A DNA stretch of 64,000 bases from Nymphaea colorata (taxonomy: Eukaryota). Shown here one piece after another: positions 11,187 to 23,889 of this stretch. Location: contig NC_045138.2 of assembly GCF_008831285.2 (NCBI RefSeq), positions 1,488,001-1,552,000 on the forward strand, given 5' to 3'. A program made the position numbers and the translations under genes. The notes under the pieces were generated by a model that was given only the letters and a program-made list of their open reading frames with translations, ran no database searches and had not been told where the DNA came from. Position 1 is the first letter of the stretch. Every line of letters begins with the position of its first letter.

Positions 11187-12361
11187 CGGAAATAAAATGA
11201 GAAAATCTTGATAAATTTTTAAAAAATTTAATAAACCTTAAAAATTATAAAAAAATAAAAATCATAAAAAATATGAAACAAACTCAAAAAACGTGTATAA
11301 TATGTGTTTTATTAGTAATTTTTTTTTTACCTTTTAAAAAAAAACGAGAATAAAAAGAGTGTTATACAGTTGAGTGTGTTTTGGCATATTATATGCATTT
11401 TTTTTCAATAAGACACGTTTTTTTTATAGTGCTATGAATACTATTCTTTTCAATTGCAAACGGTAAATGCGCAACACTTTAATTGATAAGTGTTTGAAAA
11501 TGGGGGGTTTCGACCTCCTCAAAATCTCTACCTCCTCCTTTCTCTCTCTTTTTTTTCCCCCTAGACCTATCAGCAATCCGATGGCTCGGAAATGGCGGAT
11601 CTTTCAATCTGAGCTCCTTTTCCATTTCTTTGGAGGCCCTGAAAGAAAAAAACTGCAGGAAAACTGCGTTTCAGTTGGATAAGAACCATGGCGTACACCT
11701 TCGGTAGTGTTCTTCCCTACTCTTCTTGTTATTTCTTAAGTTCTCGTATTTCTTACATCGCCTTGTTTGCTATGAGCGTATAATACAGTCACAGACCAAG
11801 TTTTCGATTCTGTGGCCTTTTAGTTAAAAAATTTCTCTTGTCTCATATAAATTTTGAAAAATGATATTTGAACATTTATCAAAATTTTGAAACTATGATG
11901 CAATCCTTCTCATGAAACTCTGTCCTTCTCGTAGTGATTGAGGATTGCCCTGCTGTAGATGCTTCCTTTTTCTTGCCGGAGGTCCATTGGAGATTGTGCT
12001 GCAGAATTTTCTGGTGTGATCTCCTTGCCTGTTTTCTCCCGTAAATCTGTACTGTAAATGGCTGATGTAGTCTTCTGTGGCATGACTACTGATCATGATA
12101 CTTGATTGGAACTAACGATCAAGGTGCTTCTTTTCCTTTGTTTTCTGCATTTGAATCTGGTTCTTCTTGTTTTGTGACAGGCTTCACCTCAGTTAATGTT
12201 CATGTAAACAAAAGAAGAGACAAGAATCAAATTAAAATTTGCAGGAGCTTTTCGATGCATTTACTTGTGGTGGGATGTTAATTGAAAACTTCATCCATTT
12301 GAATTTAAATTTTCATGTAATGGAGGCAGATAGAGTTGTTTGAAGTTAATTTGAACTAAAG

Positions 12362-12364
<3 letters not shown>

Positions 12365-12436
<72 letters not shown>
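12365..12436. repeat. Compound (TA)n(GA)n microsatellite
   Basis: Read directly from the sequence. Confidence 0.95.
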
Positions 12437-12441
<5 letters not shown>

Positions 12442-12714
12442 GTCTATAGTTAGCTGTATAGTTAGCTGCAAAATGAGTGATTCAATAAGAGCACTTATAG
12501 TGTTTTTGTCCTATAGTTGGCTGCAAGGATGATTTGATTGAATCCCAGCTCATTGTAAGGCTTTACAACGTTCTGAGACAAGACTGCTGCAATCTCTGAG
12601 CGCCTTTTTTTTTCTTTCTAATGTACGAGCTTCCTGCTTTTCAATCTTGTCATGTCATGGCCATTCACATAATTTGATTACGTTTTGGTTCTAGGTTCTT
12701 CTTTGAACTATTAG

Positions 12715-12717
<3 letters not shown>

Positions 12718-12774
<57 letters not shown>
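12718..12774. repeat. (CT)n microsatellite
   Basis: Read directly from the sequence. Confidence 0.95.
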
Positions 12775-12776
<2 letters not shown>

Positions 12777-13128
12777 GTCATGCCTTTTCTTGTTCATAAA
12801 ATGTTCATAAATATCTCTACTATTACTATCAGATGGCACTTGTGCATCGTCAACTTGATGCCACGGCGCGCCCACCGCGGCCCATCGCATATGGCTACAG
12901 CAATATTTTGTTGTATGTTTGCTCAACTAGCTACCCTATGCCCATCCATGCCTTTGCATTAATATTGATATACATGACTAAACCACTGCTTTATGTGCTT
13001 TGGGTGAGTAGGAGGAGTATTCATGTTACCCTCCACACTTCAACTTGTGTGTCGGTAACCTCTTTTTGCAACACAAGAAAGTTGATGCTTTAATAATTTG
13101 AAACAAAAATGGATAGCCTACCAACCTT

Positions 13129-13630
13129 TAGGGGTGAACACGAGTCGAGTTGAGCCCGAGTTCAGTCAGCTCGAGCTCGGCTTGACTAGTGAAACCTCGA
13201 GCTCGAGAATTGCATGACAGAAGTAGCTCGAGCTCGACTCGACAGTTACGTATTGAGCTTGAACTCGAGCTCAACTCAATTAAGGCTCAACAAACTAGTT
13301 TGAATAGAATTGATATTCATCGTTACGTGTTGAGCTCAAGCTCGAGCTCGACAAACTCTTCTGAATAAAATTGATATTCATCGTTACGTGTTGAGCTCGA
13401 GCTCGACTCGATTAAAGCTCGACAAACTCATTAACTTGTTTGAATATATCGACTTGATTAAGGCTCGACAAACTTCATTGACGCTCAAGCTCGACGCGGC
13501 AGTTACGTGTTGAGTTCGAACTCAACTCGATTATTTGAACGAGTCGACTCATGAACTCAAGCGACTCGTTAGGTAAATGACTCTGTTCGAACTCGTTCAC
13601 AAGTCGAGCTGGACTCATTGTTCACCCCTA
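13129..13630. mobile_element. hAT-type MITE family A, full-length copy
   Basis: Perfect TIR TAGGGGTGAACA...TGTTCACCCCTA. 8-bp flanks CCAACCTT/CCAACCCC (6/8). Internal ~60-bp tandem duplication. Confidence 0.85.
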
Positions 13631-15422
13631 CCAACCCCTGCCCCCCTTACCCAGACCATTGTGCCAACTCTCTCCTCATCAAAGCTAATATGTAACAAGT
13701 GTAAGATTAAGTTTTTTTTTTTTTCTCTTTTCCAAATTTATTGAGATGCATCTCTCGACTCTTTTGAAAGAATCCATGGGTATTATGGGTTGTCTTATTG
13801 TCAGGGCAACATTTTCTTTGTTCCTTTTGGCACATGCATGTGCAAAGGAGATCTAAATGCCTTTAATTTTATTTCTAGAGGCTTCTCTACATCATTTCCT
13901 ACGCTTATGTCTATCCTTTACATGGAAAAAGCTGCCTCTAGCTCGTAGCTTTAAGCCTGCATGATATCATGAAGATGGTCTACATCCAATGGTGGAGTCA
14001 GACAGGAGCGGAACAAGGGGAGCTAAACCGTCTCATAAACTTATTGGGGTGGAGCCGAACTAAACTCGAATATAAAAAATACATTATACAAATAAAATTT
14101 TTTAATTTTTTTAATATAATATTTTTTTTTTCAATTAGCTGGGGTGGGGCCATGGCCTAGGCAACCACTCCCTCCCTCCCTCCGCCGCTTCAATCTTTTT
14201 ATTTGGGAGTGGTGAATAGGATTTTTTAAATTTATACAAGGGTCAAATAATATTTTTCAAAAATTCAACAAGGGCCAAATTAAAAGTTTTCAAGATTACA
14301 AGTGTAAGTTACTTTTTCTCCTCGAAATCTGAGGGGTGGGGTGTGGGGGGCAGATATTTTGTGAAAATATTGTAACATAGTAATTTTCTATGAGATGATG
14401 AAAGGCAAATAAGCAAGGAGAGCCAAAGGGTGTGGCAGATACCATAGCGCTCCTGAGTTTTTAAAAAAGGAAAATTTAATGTTTGACATTTATAAAAATA
14501 TTAATTTGGCGCCTGTAAAAATTACTAGAAGATTTGAGGAAGTCAATATTACATAATAGGCACAACAAATACTTTACCTTAAAAATCGTTTGACAATGAG
14601 AACAGTAACAAATTATTCCATGACTTCTTCCTAAAGAATGGAACAAATTCATAAATATTGTAACATAGGTATTTCATGAATCTACACCAATTATCTTTAG
14701 AGTAGTTTTATAAAATAGTTTGTTACTGTTCGGATTACCAAAACAATAGCAGCACTTAGTGATTGCTCTCTATGTGAGGCCAACATTTGCTGGTGATGAA
14801 AAGAAAAAAAAAGGAGAGATAAAAGGAAGGATGATGGCAAATGAAGATTTAAGAGACCAGTTATATTTTACTAATATTTTTTATATATATTCCAACAACA
14901 CTTTCATGTATTAACATAATTTTAGTAGGGAGTTTTGCACAATAAAAAGTATTAATTTTAGAATATTATTTTCATTTAAAACGTTGGAGATAGGTTTCCA
15001 TGACAGATAAGCCGCTCTCTCATCTCTTATGAAAATGCATAGATGCTGATTCATGGCCACACTCCTAACACTTCTCCTTTTGATCATAAAAAATAATACT
15101 TTCTGTGTGTAAAGATCAAGTTGAGCTCTCATATCTTTTAAAAGTTGCAAGTTCAACGATAAAAACAATATATTGAATCATCCACTGGTAGTCTGGTAGT
15201 GGTATTAGTCTTCATTTTTCCTTGTCCGAAAGGAAATTCTGTGTGGGGTGGAAGTCACCCGAACCCAGTGGGGGTCCGGCGCGACACAGTCAGAAATCCG
15301 ATTCGAAGAAACGAGAAAGATCACGAGACGAAACAGTCGGATCTTTGCCCAGCGACGGGAACGGTCGAATAGTTCCATTTCTCACGGTAGCAGTGTCTCT
15401 CCCCCACGGCGAATATCCCAAG

Positions 15423-15424
15423 TC

Positions 15425-15470
<46 letters not shown>
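15423..15470. repeat. (CT)n microsatellite directly before the start codon of the RimP-like gene
   Basis: The CT run ends 1 nt before the ATG at 15472. Confidence 0.95.
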
Positions 15471-15471
<1 letters not shown>

Positions 15472-15473
<2 letters not shown>

Positions 15474-18400
15474 GGAGTCGATGGGTGCTCTTATGGCTTC
15501 TCCCATCTTCACTTCCTTCACAGTTCCCAAGCTTGTGGCCTGCAAGAACCCCCTCTTCCTTCCAATTCAGGAGAACCCATCTCCATTTTTGGCCTTTTCT
15601 TCCAATAGATTTTCTCTATGTGCCAAGAAAAAGACCAGCCAACCCGAACAACCCACTGTGGTAGAAGATGAATATGAAGAAATAGAGGAGGAGGTGGAGG
15701 AGGAGCTCGATAGTGGTAAGCTCATTGTTCTTGGAGCTTTTGTTTATAATTGGTGGGTGTGAACCCATTTTTTCCGTTTTTGGTTTATGAAGAACTAGAG
15801 GAAGAGATGGAGGAGGAGCTGGATAGTGGAAAGCTCATTGTTCTTGGAGCTTTTGTTTATAATTGGTGGGTGTGCGCCTATTTTTCCCGTTGTTGGTCTA
15901 CTAATATTGCAAATAAAATTCATTACTATTGATTCAGTCTTGCTAAACGGCATCTGACCAATTCGTTCATGGAGTTGTACATTAGAAGCTAGGTTTTGTA
16001 TTTGTTGCGGTCTTAGAAGGTATTACTGGTCATTGGTCCCTGGCTCAGCTGCAAGAACTTTGGTTTGCTGCGACCCCTCTTCCTTGAACTCTTGATGTCA
16101 ATTCGATAATATCGGAAATGTTGAAGTTGGTACTTTAACTAGTAGCTTGGTAAATTTCCGTGCGTGACTTTCTTATGAATGCTGCCCACCTTGGCCTTCA
16201 AATGCAATCTTGATAAGTGAGTAGCAGCAATATCATGGTTCTGCTGTAGGTCAGGAAAAGTATGAACTTGGAGAACCTTGGACTGGTAACTTGTGGTCGT
16301 GAACATGATCTTTCACGATGGGTCCTCTTCTGGAATTGGTTATTAGATTATGCTTCTATTATGAGGGAGTAGCATCCTTGTGTACTGGCAGCTAATCTTG
16401 CAAATTGTACCTTAACATGTATCAGAAGGGTCGTATCAGAAGGGTCCAAGTCAGGGAGTTGTCTTAACTTATCGGATAATGGTCAAAGTACCGGTTAATG
16501 AAGAAGCCGACGCTGGAAAGCAAAGGGAAATGATAAATGGGAGAATACATTGAGAACCACCATCTAAGGAAGTAAAGCCAACTAGAAAGGTAGGAATTGT
16601 AAAGCATCTGCAGAAGTATAGGATTTTGGGAAAAGATGGTCTATTTGTGAAAGTTGTAAAAATGTGAGATTGATATGGAAGTCATGATGGAGATATGCCC
16701 TCTAAGATAAACAGGTTGAAGTTCGGGCAGGTAGTGAAAAAGTTGGTCCGTCACTCCAATCAATATCAGCAGTACAACAGTGATGGAGGAAGCCCTCCAT
16801 GTTCACATGTTGATAAGCTTTTCGTGAACTGATGAAGTTTACTGGGACATGCTACATGCTAGTGCAGGCATTCTCTGTGATAAATTTTGTAATAATTGTG
16901 TAGATGTTCTTATGCACTTTGGTCATGTATCTTGCAGTATCAGGCGGAATATTTGTGTAGCATTCCCTTTTGTTTTGTACAGTATGATAATTTGCTGCAT
17001 GTCAATCTTAAAAAGTTAAAACCCAATTTGAAAGGGATTTTATTAGTTACTTGGACTGTTCTGCTTTCTTCAATACATGGCGGGTAATATTAGTACTATC
17101 ACGACATGACCCAAGATGCCCCTTTGATGTAGAGATTTTTTTGGAAGATGATGATGCTTTTGACTTTGAGGAAGAACCTGAACCATCTGTAAGCTATTTA
17201 ATCTTTATTCCTTTTGCAAATATAGATAACTTTAGTCTTTGATGAAACTTCAAGAACTTTCTTCGCTTTTAAGGTGGGGGATGGAGTTGGAGGTGGTGGG
17301 ATCGTTCATGGTGATGCACAGTGGGAAAAGGAAGCGCTGTCTATTGCAAAAGAGGTTGTGAGTTCATTCGATGGGGAGCTGCAAATATATGCTTTTAAGA
17401 CATCTCCCAACTTCTTAATTCAAGTTAGGATTGAGAGACTCAGTAATAAGTAAGTATCCTTCTCATCATCTGTTCCTTCTATATATCTCATCATCTGTTC
17501 AATGTCTTTTCTCTCATATTCTTTACTTGTTGAAGGCATCTCATTTTCATTTCCTTTCCAGTTGTCTTACTTCCACCTAGCAATTGTATTGAAAAGCAAG
17601 TGGATCCTCCTGTAACATTTTTGCAGTGGTAGAAATTTCATCAAATTTTGGTGGTTTGTTTCTTTAAGGATGTAGTTTTGTAGGGAACAATCGTCTAAAG
17701 GAGTTAATACTTGATGAGTTCCTTCCGGTGAAATATTTGGGTTAATAACTAGTATAACTCCAATCAGCTAAGCACGGGGGACTGATTAAGTAGGAAAAAT
17801 CTTTAGATGATTGTATCACTGGAATTTTTTTTTTTTCTTTAACTCATTGTATCCTGGATTCTTTTTAACACTTCCAGGATATCTGATTCATGGGCCTGGC
17901 TGGGTTAATTGTGTTGCCAAAGTGTGAATTGATCTCTCTATGATAACAAATAGATAACCCGTCTTCCTGATATATCAGAACCTGAAAATGCATTAATTTT
18001 TGAAACAATTGCAGTTAGCATTTGCATTCATGTTAAGAATGATATAGTCATATAGGAGTTTCCATCAATTTCTATGTTTACTAGTACATGCAAACAAATA
18101 GAAGAAGCAATTGTTTGATTTTTTTAAAGAAATAGTATACAACCATAACTTGCCCTTTTCTCTATTTCCCACTTTATCCAAGCCAAGATACATCTTGTGG
18201 AGCTTTCTCATATGCAAGCCAGTATCCCATTTTTATCATGGAGGTCTTCAGAACTTCTGTAGAGAAACTGGAAGATTTTGCTGATTTCATTCACTCCTTA
18301 ATCTAGGTCTGGTTCTCCTAGTATGGATGACATCGAAGCTTTTTCAACTGCCTATAGAGCACGGCTTGATGATGCTGAGCGTACTGGAGGTGTTCCAGAA

Positions 18401-19039
18401 AATATATTTCTAGAGGTACTTTATTTACCAGTTATTTTGGTTTTCATTGCACTGTGTTAGGCTGAACTACTTTGACCATGTTCTGGATTCTTATGGTCTT
18501 GCATAATTTCTTTTTGGTGGTTTTCCTCATCTTCTGAAAAAAGAAAAGTAAACGTACAAGGAACATTGGGCAATTTTTCTGTATAGTTTTATACTGTCCA
18601 TGTCAGTGCAATGAAAGCATGTTCTTTATGGTTGCTAAGCTATCCTTTTTCTTCTTGTTCCTAGAGGCAGATGTAGATAGAATCTAGTAGTTACATGTAA
18701 ATTTTTACTGGAATAGCGATTAATCTTCAGGTATCCTCACCGGGTGTTGAGAGGCTGGTCAGGGTTCCAGAAGAGTTGGATCGGTTCAAGGAAAGGCCAA
18801 TGTACGTCAGATATGTGACTGAGGCATCTGGAACCAGCTCAGCAATAGAGCAGGATGGTGTATTCAACCTTGATTCTGTTGACTATGAAGCAAGAGCTTG
18901 TACTTGGCGCATGGCAAATGTAAGGAAAAATAGAGAGAAGTTGGGGAAGGGTAGGTCATTAAGCAAAAAGCAGAAGGAGTGGCGGCTAACAATACCTTTT
19001 GAGACCCTACGGCTTGTCAGACTGCATTCTGACTGTTGA
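15472..19039 (+). CDS. RimP/DUF150-like (ribosome maturation factor) protein, probably plastid-targeted, ~297 aa
   Basis: Exons 15472-15715, 17133-17188, 17274-17449, 18307-18415, 18731-19039 (894 nt, GT-AG, phases consistent). Ser/Thr/Phe-rich transit-like N-terminus, acidic linker, IQVRIERL, SPSMDDIEAFS and the RimP signature LEVSSPGVER. Confidence 0.85.
15673..15900 (+). repeat. ~113-bp tandem duplication spanning the exon 1/intron 1 boundary of the RimP-like gene
   Basis: TATGAAGAA...GAGGAGGAGCT.GATAGTGG(T/A)AAGCTCATTGTTCTTGGAGCTTTTGTTTATAATTGGTGGGTGTG starts at ~15673 and again at ~15786. Confidence 0.9.
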
Positions 19040-20291
19040 ATGGTAAGGCATATGTTTTTAGCTTCTTTGACTTTGCAAATTCCAATTCATAATGTGCAAA
19101 TTATTTTGTTTAATCATGAGCGAGGAGCTATCAAATATTAATACAATATTAGACTCATTGTCCAAATAGCAGACCATCCATTTGGTTCCGAACATACTTG
19201 TTGGAGATGAGAAGCAGGAGATTTCGTTGTCAGTGCCTCTTTGAAACCATACTTCAATCCATGGTAGCGTCAGGAGATGAGAAACCTGAATGGTAGCGTT
19301 TTGGCTGATATTGATCTAATGACATCCCTGTAACCATACTTCAATCCATGGTTTCACTAGTGTGTGTTTCTGTGAGTTATTATCATGAACTCTTTGAAGG
19401 TAATTATATGGTGTATAAATTTGTTCTTATGCAGGCAGTGAGAGGCCACCCCTTTTTGGAACATTTAGTGATGCCGGAAACCGTGGTGAAGATATGCAGT
19501 ACTAGGAGCGATCACGCAGTCACTCCAAGTAAATCACGGTAAAGATGGTAGTAGTCGCCAGGTTCGCATGAATAATTCTCTTTCGCCTCTTATAGATGCG
19601 ACTGATCCCAATGATCAGGTGTTATACCAGAAAAAGATAACTGATTTCCTCTGATGGGGGCTATTCAGTAATGAATTTAATTTCACTAATTGATTGGTGT
19701 TCGGTTTCACTAGATGTTAATATATGCAAAATTTTGCACATGATTACAGTGACAGCCATTTAAATTTGTCACTTTTCTGTGAATGATTACTTCCCATTTG
19801 AAAAATTGGCATGTTTAACTTCAAGAGAAGGGCGCAAAATTAATAAATAAGAATCCAGTTTGAGACCATTTCATTCTCCTAACTAAAGTACGGAGTTGAA
19901 AAGACGGGAAGCCATTAAAATAGATGAAGTACTAAAGTACTGTTCTAACTGAAGGTGAGCATTATACTGTATCCCAAAATTGACAGGGATCTCATGGAGC
20001 TGCGCTATCTTAGACTTGAATTTCGCCAAGCCTATTCTTTGCTTAACCATGAATAGAAACTCAATTTTGATTCTGATGCTGTGTACCAAAGCCCGTTTTG
20101 ATTAATCTTCTGCAAGAATTGTTTCACCTTTACTGGTCAGAGAGCTCAGCAGTAAACGTATGTGCCCATTCCTGGACTTGCCCATGAGTAGTTAATATTC
20201 CGGTATCTCGTCGGCAGGAGAAATGTATAAGCACTGCTGCTCTAGGCTACAATGAAATAGGAGCACGACCTTCAATTTTAGTCACACACTA

Positions 20292-20376
20292 GGGGTCCTT
20301 TGGCAAAGGAAACAGTAAATAGTTGGGGGCAGATTTATGAAACAGTTTCTTACTGTTTCCATTGCTAAACAACCCC
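20292..20376. mobile_element. Short Tourist/Harbinger-like MITE
   Basis: TIR GGGGTCCTTTGGCAAAGGAAACAGTAA / TTACTGTTTCCATTGCTAAACAACCCC, with flanks CTA/TTA. Related decayed copies at ~14585-14745 and ~25015-25150. Confidence 0.6.
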
Positions 20377-20819
20377 TTAGGAATCTAGGAACCAAATCAC
20401 GTACGTACACCAAAAGAATAAGTTTATGCTGTATTCTGTAGATGGGTAGCCATTCTTTCGCAGTGTTCAGTAATGAGGAGTGGCTTCATGTTCAACCAAT
20501 GCATGTTAATGCTCTGAAGTCTGAACTTCTGGCTGCCATGAAGATTATGCGTTTTTCAATATTTTTTTGCATTTGAAGAACTAATTGGGTTCAGTTTAAA
20601 AGTTTATGTATACAATATTCGAGTCCGGTTGATTACTTAATCAGATGAGAAATTTCTTACTGTATCCAACTACTTAGATGTCGATTCCAGTCGAATATCA
20701 GATTGTGTCCAGGGGATGGAGAAATCCCAAAGCAAAAATTATGACAATCACAATTGAAAAAGTGATAAGGGTGAGCCGACAAAAATAAAAAACCCTATTA
20801 GAGCCATGTGAAGGGCTTT

Positions 20820-21218
20820 TGAGAGTCAATTGAACCTGATTCAAATAGGTTATACTCTTAACCATATATGTTTCCTTTTTTTTTTTCTTTTTCTTTTTGT
20901 ATATTCACATGTTTGGATTTGGATTTGGATTTGAATTTGAATATAAACAAAGAGAAGACATATCTGAATGCGAAATTTGATTTCACAATCTGAATCTGAT
21001 TTGAATTTAATTTTTACATTCATATATGAATCTGAATCAGAATTTTGAATCTAATCTAGTCTATTTTCAAAATGTAGGGTCATTCGATATAGAATATTTA
21101 TTCAAATCTAAATCCGATCTGATTACTTAATTGGATATTAATTTTTTTTATCATATCCAATTTTTTGGGAATGGTTCAATCAGGTGTTCAATCCAAATAG
21201 GACATATTGACATCCCTA
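20820..21218. mobile_element. hAT-type MITE family B, decayed copy
   Basis: Right TIR TTGACATCCCTA is intact, and the body aligns by eye to 2589-3018. The left end is eroded. Confidence 0.7.
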
Positions 21219-22719
21219 TAAATAAGGGATATTTGGTGGCATGAAAAATGTTTTCAGAAGAATATTTCACAAAAGAAACATAGTCCGTACTTTCGTTCCG
21301 GAGTGTTTTTCTTTCTCAAAATTTTGAACTACTAACTTGTAAAAGGGAGAAATTTTTCCGAAAAAAAAATTCGCCTTGTTTGAAACGGAGAGCTTCATCT
21401 TCAACTTTTCAGTGTCTAAACAACTATTGGATCTCCAAATTATGGAAAAACATAAATTTCATCATATCCACATTTTCAAGCAAAGCCCCAATTCAATCCA
21501 CCCAACTTGTTTTTTTTCATTTTGGACATTTTTTTCAACATGAAATGACAAAAAAGAATTTAAAAATGGAAAAACTCATAAAATATTCATTTTCAGTTTT
21601 TTTTTCAAAGGTGGGGTTAAGATCTTTGTTCATTTTTGTGGATCAAAATTACAATTTCTACTTTTTTTCTTTTCAAAATTGGTGCGAGATCAGCTAGTAA
21701 TGTGTGTTTGTGCAACTCCCAAGGGATAAAAGGTATTTGCTCCCTTTTTTTGTTTCTTTTCAGGCCAAAAAATTGACCAATCTTATCCGTAAGAAATAGA
21801 GGATAACGGCTCGCAGCAAAAAAAAAAAAAAAAAAAAGTTGAACTCCATTCTAGACATTCAAGAATGCACATCCACTAGTCATCTTCAATAAAAAAAAAT
21901 AAGATTTTTTTTTCGTTTATCTTATATTCGTAAATTTAAAAACTACCATTTTATGCAATTTTCTTAAAACGAAAATACTTTTAATGAAAAGTTAAATAAA
22001 GGGTTATCAGCAAATTTTTCATTAACTCAAAAAACAACAAGTACTGCCTAAAACAATAAGATTGTAATCTACAGACAAAGAATAATATCGAAGACATGCA
22101 ATTGACTATTAAAGTACTACAGTTGCAAATTTTTTTTTTTCATAAATGACTGTTTGAATTGCTGTCCATGTTAAAAAAATTACAGATCCATCCAGATTTC
22201 CAGTTTTTCTATATGTAAATATTAACTAATAGTTTAACTTTCTTGGCTCATTCAATCTTATCCAGAAGAGAGAGAGAGAGAGAGAAAGATTCCCATTGAC
22301 TCTCTGACTAAGAAAAGTATAATATGACAAAGGAAGAAGACCTAGAAAAGAAGCAAGAATGTAATGATCTTGGCTGTATGTATACCAGTGCCCATTCATA
22401 ATCATTAAATCAACAAAAGGTTGATTTCTTACTCCTTTTGAGGACCATGCATCAAAAACTGGTCCTCCTCCATTTGAGCTGTGCTGCAATTATGCACTTC
22501 CAGACATTTCATGGCAACCAAAAAAAAGTTGTCCACTAAAAGATTATCTTTCTTTTTTAGAAAAATATTTGAGAAAATTACCCTGATGAGTTGAGAACTT
22601 AATTCAATTCGCCTAGCTATGTAGAACTCCAACATTACTCCCACACTTCTAGGTGCATAGCATGTGTCCGTACTAGCAATCACCCTTGGAATAGAAATGA
22701 GCAATTGGCCGCCTACCAG

Positions 22720-23139
22720 TAGGGGTGAACTCGACTCATTAAAGCTCTGCTCGTGCATGAGTTGGAGTGAATGAATTTGAGCCGAGTCATTTACTTAACG
22801 AGTAGAACTCAAGTTCATGAGTCAATTTGTTCAAATAATCGAGTTGAGTTCGAGCTCAACACGTAATTGCCGAGTCGAGCTCAAGCCTTAATTGAGTTTG
22901 TCGAACCTTAATCAAGTCAATATATTCAAACGAGTTTACAAGTTTGTCGAACCTTAATCAAGTCGAGCTCGAGCTCAACATGTAAAGATGAATATCAATT
23001 CTATTCAAACGACCTTGTCGAGCCTTAATCAAGTCAAGCTCGAGCTGCTTTAGTCGAGCTATTCTCGAGCTCGAGTCAAGCTCAAGGTTTCATTAGTCAA
23101 GCCGAGTTCGAGCTGACTGAACTCGGGCTCGTGTTTACC
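22720..23139. mobile_element. hAT-type MITE family A copy
   Basis: Starts TAGGGGTGAAC; body is colinear with 1033-1478. Confidence 0.75.
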
Positions 23140-23274
23140 AGTCACTGACCTGACCTAATGCGCCAAACCCCTCAAGGCTGCTAGAAGCTTACCTTTCAAT
23201 TTATCATACATGAGATGTTTAATTGCTCATTTAGGGGGGACGTCTGGTAAGAACCAGAGGCGACCACTTGAGTA

Positions 23275-23600
23275 AAGGATAAAAACCAGATTTCTTAAAT
23301 TGGTATTAAAAAGTACCATAAACAAAATGTGAACCTTTTAATGTGTTGATAAACATTAATTTAAAAATTATGTTTTACCTCAAGTTATTTTTATTAAAAA
23401 AATGATCTTTTCTTCAACCACGATTTTGATGTTAGAAGAGCGTTTATTTTTTAATTATTAAAAATAATATTAAAGTAAAAAATTACTACCTTAATATATG
23501 TTTATCATCAAACCGTCTTAAGATTGTATCCATAAGGTTAGATTGTAGAAAAATATTTTAATAATTAATTTTAATGGGTCTGGCTTTTGTCTCTTGCCCA
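23275..23600. repeat. AT-rich dispersed repeat, related copy at ~35785-36110
   Basis: Both loci share ATAAAAACCAGA.T..TTAA.T...ATTAAAAA, CATCAAA.C.T..CTTAAGAT and GGTTAGATTG blocks. Confidence 0.5.
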
Positions 23601-23783
23601 AGTGACCAACTTACATGTATGAGAAATTAGTAGGTAAATGATCCTTAGATACATGACTTATAATGAATCATCTTGGTCGTTCATCTTTTTAAGATGAAAA
23701 GCTTAGATAAGAAGAAAAACTGTTAATTAATGTTAGATGACTAAAATATCCTATCTCATTTTTCTCCTTAAATTTTTTATCAA

Positions 23784-23889
<106 letters not shown>

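Noticed and set aside
13802..13864. miR399-like words (CAGGGCAA...TCCTTTTGGCA...TGCAAAGGAGAT)
   Set aside because: Neither arm gives an intact 21-mer, the loop is too short and there are large bulges; probably chance.
16150..16820. Purine-rich stretch in RimP-like intron 1 as a possible retroelement relic
   Set aside because: Only faint motif hints in broken frames; I cannot support a call without a profile search.
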